Position numbers and translations under genes: made by a program. Below the pieces are notes generated by a model that ran no database searches, had not been told where the DNA came from, and was given only the letters and a program-made list of their open reading frames with translations. From a virus, in IMG/VR virus record IMGVR_UViG_3300000234_000002, positions 19,958 through 83,957 of that record: a DNA stretch of 64,000 nucleotides; one strand, 5' to 3'. Shown here one piece after another: positions 61,443 through 64,000 of the stretch; position 1 is the first letter of the stretch, and every line of letters starts with the position of its first letter.

Positions 61443-61915
61443 GACTGGACTACATCACACCAGTTCGAAAGACATTTCTTGTTGAAAACCTTGAGAGTGA
61501 TGTTATGATGACAACTGAAAACATCAAAGACGTGTTTTATCAAATAAATTTCGTAAAATTCCAAGAAGAATTTAAAAAGAATCCATATACAGTGTATAAC
61601 AACGCGTTAACGAATTTTGGTGGGGAGTTATTATCAACTAATAACATTGAGGTAAAAGTTGAAATTAATATGAGTTTAGGAGAAATTCACGAAATGTTAA
61701 TCAAATACTGTGAGCAATACTGTCAAGATAACATAAATCCTATGAAAAATAAATTTTTGGTGTTGTTAAATGACAGATATGGATTTTACACATCAGATTA
61801 CATACCATATAACGGTGTTTTAGTTGAAGAGAATGACAAATATGGGATTATCGTTAATAAAAACAAATTCACACCAGTAAAAGATGCTATTGTTGATTTA
61901 GTACACAGTTTGTGA
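61439..61915 (+). CDS. Hypothetical protein (tandem paralog 2)
   Basis: As above. Confidence 0.75.
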   Translation: MRLDYITPVRKTFLVENLESDVMMTTENIKDVFYQINFVKFQEEFKKNPYTVYNNALTNFGGELLSTNNIEVKVEINMSLGEIHEMLIKYCEQYCQDNINPMKNKFLVLLNDRYGFYTSDYIPYNGVLVEENDKYGIIVNKNKFTPVKDAIVDLVHSL

Positions 61916-61917
61916 AA

Positions 61918-62586
61918 TTACCTCTGATTCGCCCAAAGTTCCGGATCTGAAAGAAAAACCCTAAGTTCGGCGATAGGCTCGTCGCTGAATCCGGACTCTG
62001 CGTCTTCAGGGTTTTGCTTCTCAAGAAAATCATAACTCCACACTATGTTCTGAATTTTTATATGAGCTTCGAAGAGACCTTCGCCAATGTCGACTATTAT
62101 CTTGTCGCCTTCTTGATGGGTTTTCCAGCCTTTTTGCTTCAGCTGGACTTCCAGGTCTTTAGACTGGAAAGCAACCCTCACGCGATTCGTGAAAATCCCT
62201 GCGGTAACCCTTCTTAAGATCCTGGAGAACTCAGGTTTTGAAAATTTATTATTTTCAAGTTTTGAAGCTAAGATCTTCAGGATCTTAGAAACTGAAGATG
62301 GGGAGCTGCTCATCTTATTAAAAAATTCGTCACCTTCAGTTCCGGTTTTGAGAAATTCAACTATAAATTTGACCGGATCGTCAGTATTCAACTCTTCAGT
62401 ATCACCAGAATCCTCGGTATTGATTATTTTGACGTGATAAATTTGATTTTCGGGAGTAAGTTTTATATGAAAAAAGTCATCTTCTATAACAACCGAACCG
62501 TTTGATTCTTCGGCAGGAATATCCATGCTGTCGAAAAATTCAAAAAGGTCTTCCTTTGTGGTTAAAGCAATATGTTTGCGAGACAT
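61918..62586 (-). CDS. Two related acidic domains joined by a diverged leader-like linker
   Basis: PSSVSKILKILASKLE..SKPEFSRILRRVTA linker; TDDPVKFIVEFL versus SDEPIAELRVFL. Confidence 0.65.
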   Translation of the reverse strand: MSRKHIALTTKEDLFEFFDSMDIPAEESNGSVVIEDDFFHIKLTPENQIYHVKIINTEDSGDTEELNTDDPVKFIVEFLKTGTEGDEFFNKMSSSPSSVSKILKILASKLENNKFSKPEFSRILRRVTAGIFTNRVRVAFQSKDLEVQLKQKGWKTHQEGDKIIVDIGEGLFEAHIKIQNIVWSYDFLEKQNPEDAESGFSDEPIAELRVFLSDPELWANQR

Positions 62587-62694
62587 TTACAATGAAAAAT
62601 AATAAAAAATTGATAAACCTCCAAATTTTGGATCACGAACAAGACAATAATTTATCCGGAGATATTCCGTAAATACTTAAGAATTTATTTAAAC

Positions 62695-63165
62695 TCAATC
62701 GATTCTTTTGAGAATTTCGCTTATGTCAGTTTTAATAGAAACCACCTCAGGGGTGTGCTCATAAATGAAACTATTAATAATGGGCTCTAAAGAATCGTCA
62801 TCAAAATCCACTTTCTGGATTATTTTGGTGAGACCGTTCATGATGTCGCGAACTTCTTTATTGAAACGATGAATTTGATTGATGTCAGTGGAAATTCTAA
62901 TACTTTCATTTGACATAATTTGTTCACCTTCGTCAGTTAAAACCCATTTACCAAACTGCATATCGGCCATGACAACACCATAACTTACTATCTGCGAGCC
63001 ATCATCGGTGATGAATCCAAGAGCTTCCTTCAAAGTGTCAGATTCAAAAGAAACCTCAGAAGTTTCTGGGTTTTCATAAACATGAAACATGTTATAAACT
63101 CTCCCCGGTGCCAATCCAGCAATACGAGCTGCTATGGTATAAATTCGCATAATTTTATGTTTCAT
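62695..63165 (-). CDS. Acidic hypothetical protein with RIA N-terminus
   Basis: MRIYTIAARIAG... Confidence 0.65.
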   Translation of the reverse strand: MKHKIMRIYTIAARIAGLAPGRVYNMFHVYENPETSEVSFESDTLKEALGFITDDGSQIVSYGVVMADMQFGKWVLTDEGEQIMSNESIRISTDINQIHRFNKEVRDIMNGLTKIIQKVDFDDDSLEPIINSFIYEHTPEVVSIKTDISEILKRID

Positions 63166-63692
63166 TAGAACTTCATGTTGAAATGTAAATCTTTATGCTG
63201 GAAACTGATTGAATTTATTGGCAAATTGAAACCTTTGATGCCTTTCGAAAAAGGACTGTCGTTATAAGAAAGAGTTATATGAGGTTGATATGTTGGATAT
63301 TTGGTATCATATTTAATATTCAATAGATCCAAGCAATAAAGGATTTTATTTCTAATTAAATGAACTTCAGGAGAGTTAACTTTCAAAATTATTGGGTAAC
63401 CATCCTCACCGGCTTCAAAATAAGAAATTCCATTTATCGAAACATTGAAAGGATGAAATTGTGATTTTATGTCAGAAAGCATTTTAACAACACGAATGAA
63501 TTCTTTGTCTTCTAAATCACCAAAATAAACGTTAGTTATATGGTATTGATATTCAGGAGACACTCCCGGAACTTTATGAGTTTCCTTAACTGCGTCTATA
63601 ATGTAATTATAACTACCAAAATCTTCGAATTGAATTATGGAACCCACAGCACAAGTAACAATAAAAACCATAAAGAAATTATCTGGGTTCAT
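63165..63692 (-). CDS. 2H phosphoesterase (LigT/Acb1-like)
   Basis: Two HxT motifs: YHITNVYFG and YQPHITLSY. Confidence 0.82.
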   Translation of the reverse strand: MNPDNFFMVFIVTCAVGSIIQFEDFGSYNYIIDAVKETHKVPGVSPEYQYHITNVYFGDLEDKEFIRVVKMLSDIKSQFHPFNVSINGISYFEAGEDGYPIILKVNSPEVHLIRNKILYCLDLLNIKYDTKYPTYQPHITLSYNDSPFSKGIKGFNLPINSISFQHKDLHFNMKF

Positions 63693-63882
63693 CAGTGGTG
63701 GTTAATTTTCCACATATCAAAATAACTTCTGCTGCTTGGCGGTGTTTATTAGTTTCATAACACTGAACTTTGGTTGCATGTTCATTCAATGTGCAGTTAT
63801 GAATTAGAAATGCACATACGAGTATGACTGCAGAAATCATCAACCAAATCGAAACTGTTTTTATTACGTCGCCAATGTCCAT
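63679..63882 (-). CDS. Small single-TM protein
   Basis: Hydrophobic N-terminal helix; TGTAAAAT-N4-ATG upstream. Confidence 0.55.
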   Translation of the reverse strand: MDIGDVIKTVSIWLMISAVILVCAFLIHNCTLNEHATKVQCYETNKHRQAAEVILICGKLTTTDEPR

Positions 63883-64000
63883 ACAGATTTTACAATGAAG
63901 AAATAAAAGTCACTTTTTTCTAAAAACAACTATCGACTGTCCTTTGGACTTTCCATAAGAGAATTCATCAATTTTTTCAAATTCAGAAATCGAAAAAGAA

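Noticed and set aside
1-64000. Alternative genetic code, tRNA/rRNA genes, CRISPR arrays, introns or inteins
   Set aside because: Genes are long and tile densely under the standard code with TAA, TAG and TGA all used as stops. I saw no cloverleaf, repeat-spacer array or split gene by eye; tRNAscan-SE and Infernal would be needed to exclude small RNAs.

Overview
A 64 kb segment of a large (jumbo-type) tailed phage with a contractile tail. It is AT-rich, densely coded, mostly on the minus strand and readable with the standard code. It contains: (1) morphogenesis genes, including a 1683-aa tail sheath, putative neck/tail-completion proteins and four collagen-like Gly-X-Thr/Gln fibre proteins; (2) directly downstream of the fibres, a glycosylation cluster (GT2-TPR-GT4, UDP-glucuronate decarboxylase-like enzyme, two GT4, B12 radical SAM), plus an FkbM-type methyltransferase elsewhere; (3) three genes fusing endonuclease domains (tandem HNH or Vsr/DUF559-like) to a Mom-like GNAT domain; (4) an actin-fold ATPase, AAA+ ATPase, HslV-like protease, 2H phosphoesterase, ligase catalytic domain and nucleotidyltransferase. 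The most striking unexplained feature is a 120-bp, near-identical module present five times. It encodes a basic 40-aa leader (M[RK]PSQVATELRKIAAAIEASKTPDK..VASAIKGLVKKI[AS]) fused in frame to five different acidic payloads, and a short [KR]IA-type motif recurs near the N-termini of many other proteins. I propose this is a shuffled capsid-targeting/cleavage-tag system that loads variable cargo into the virion. All functional calls come from motif recognition by eye; no database searches were run.
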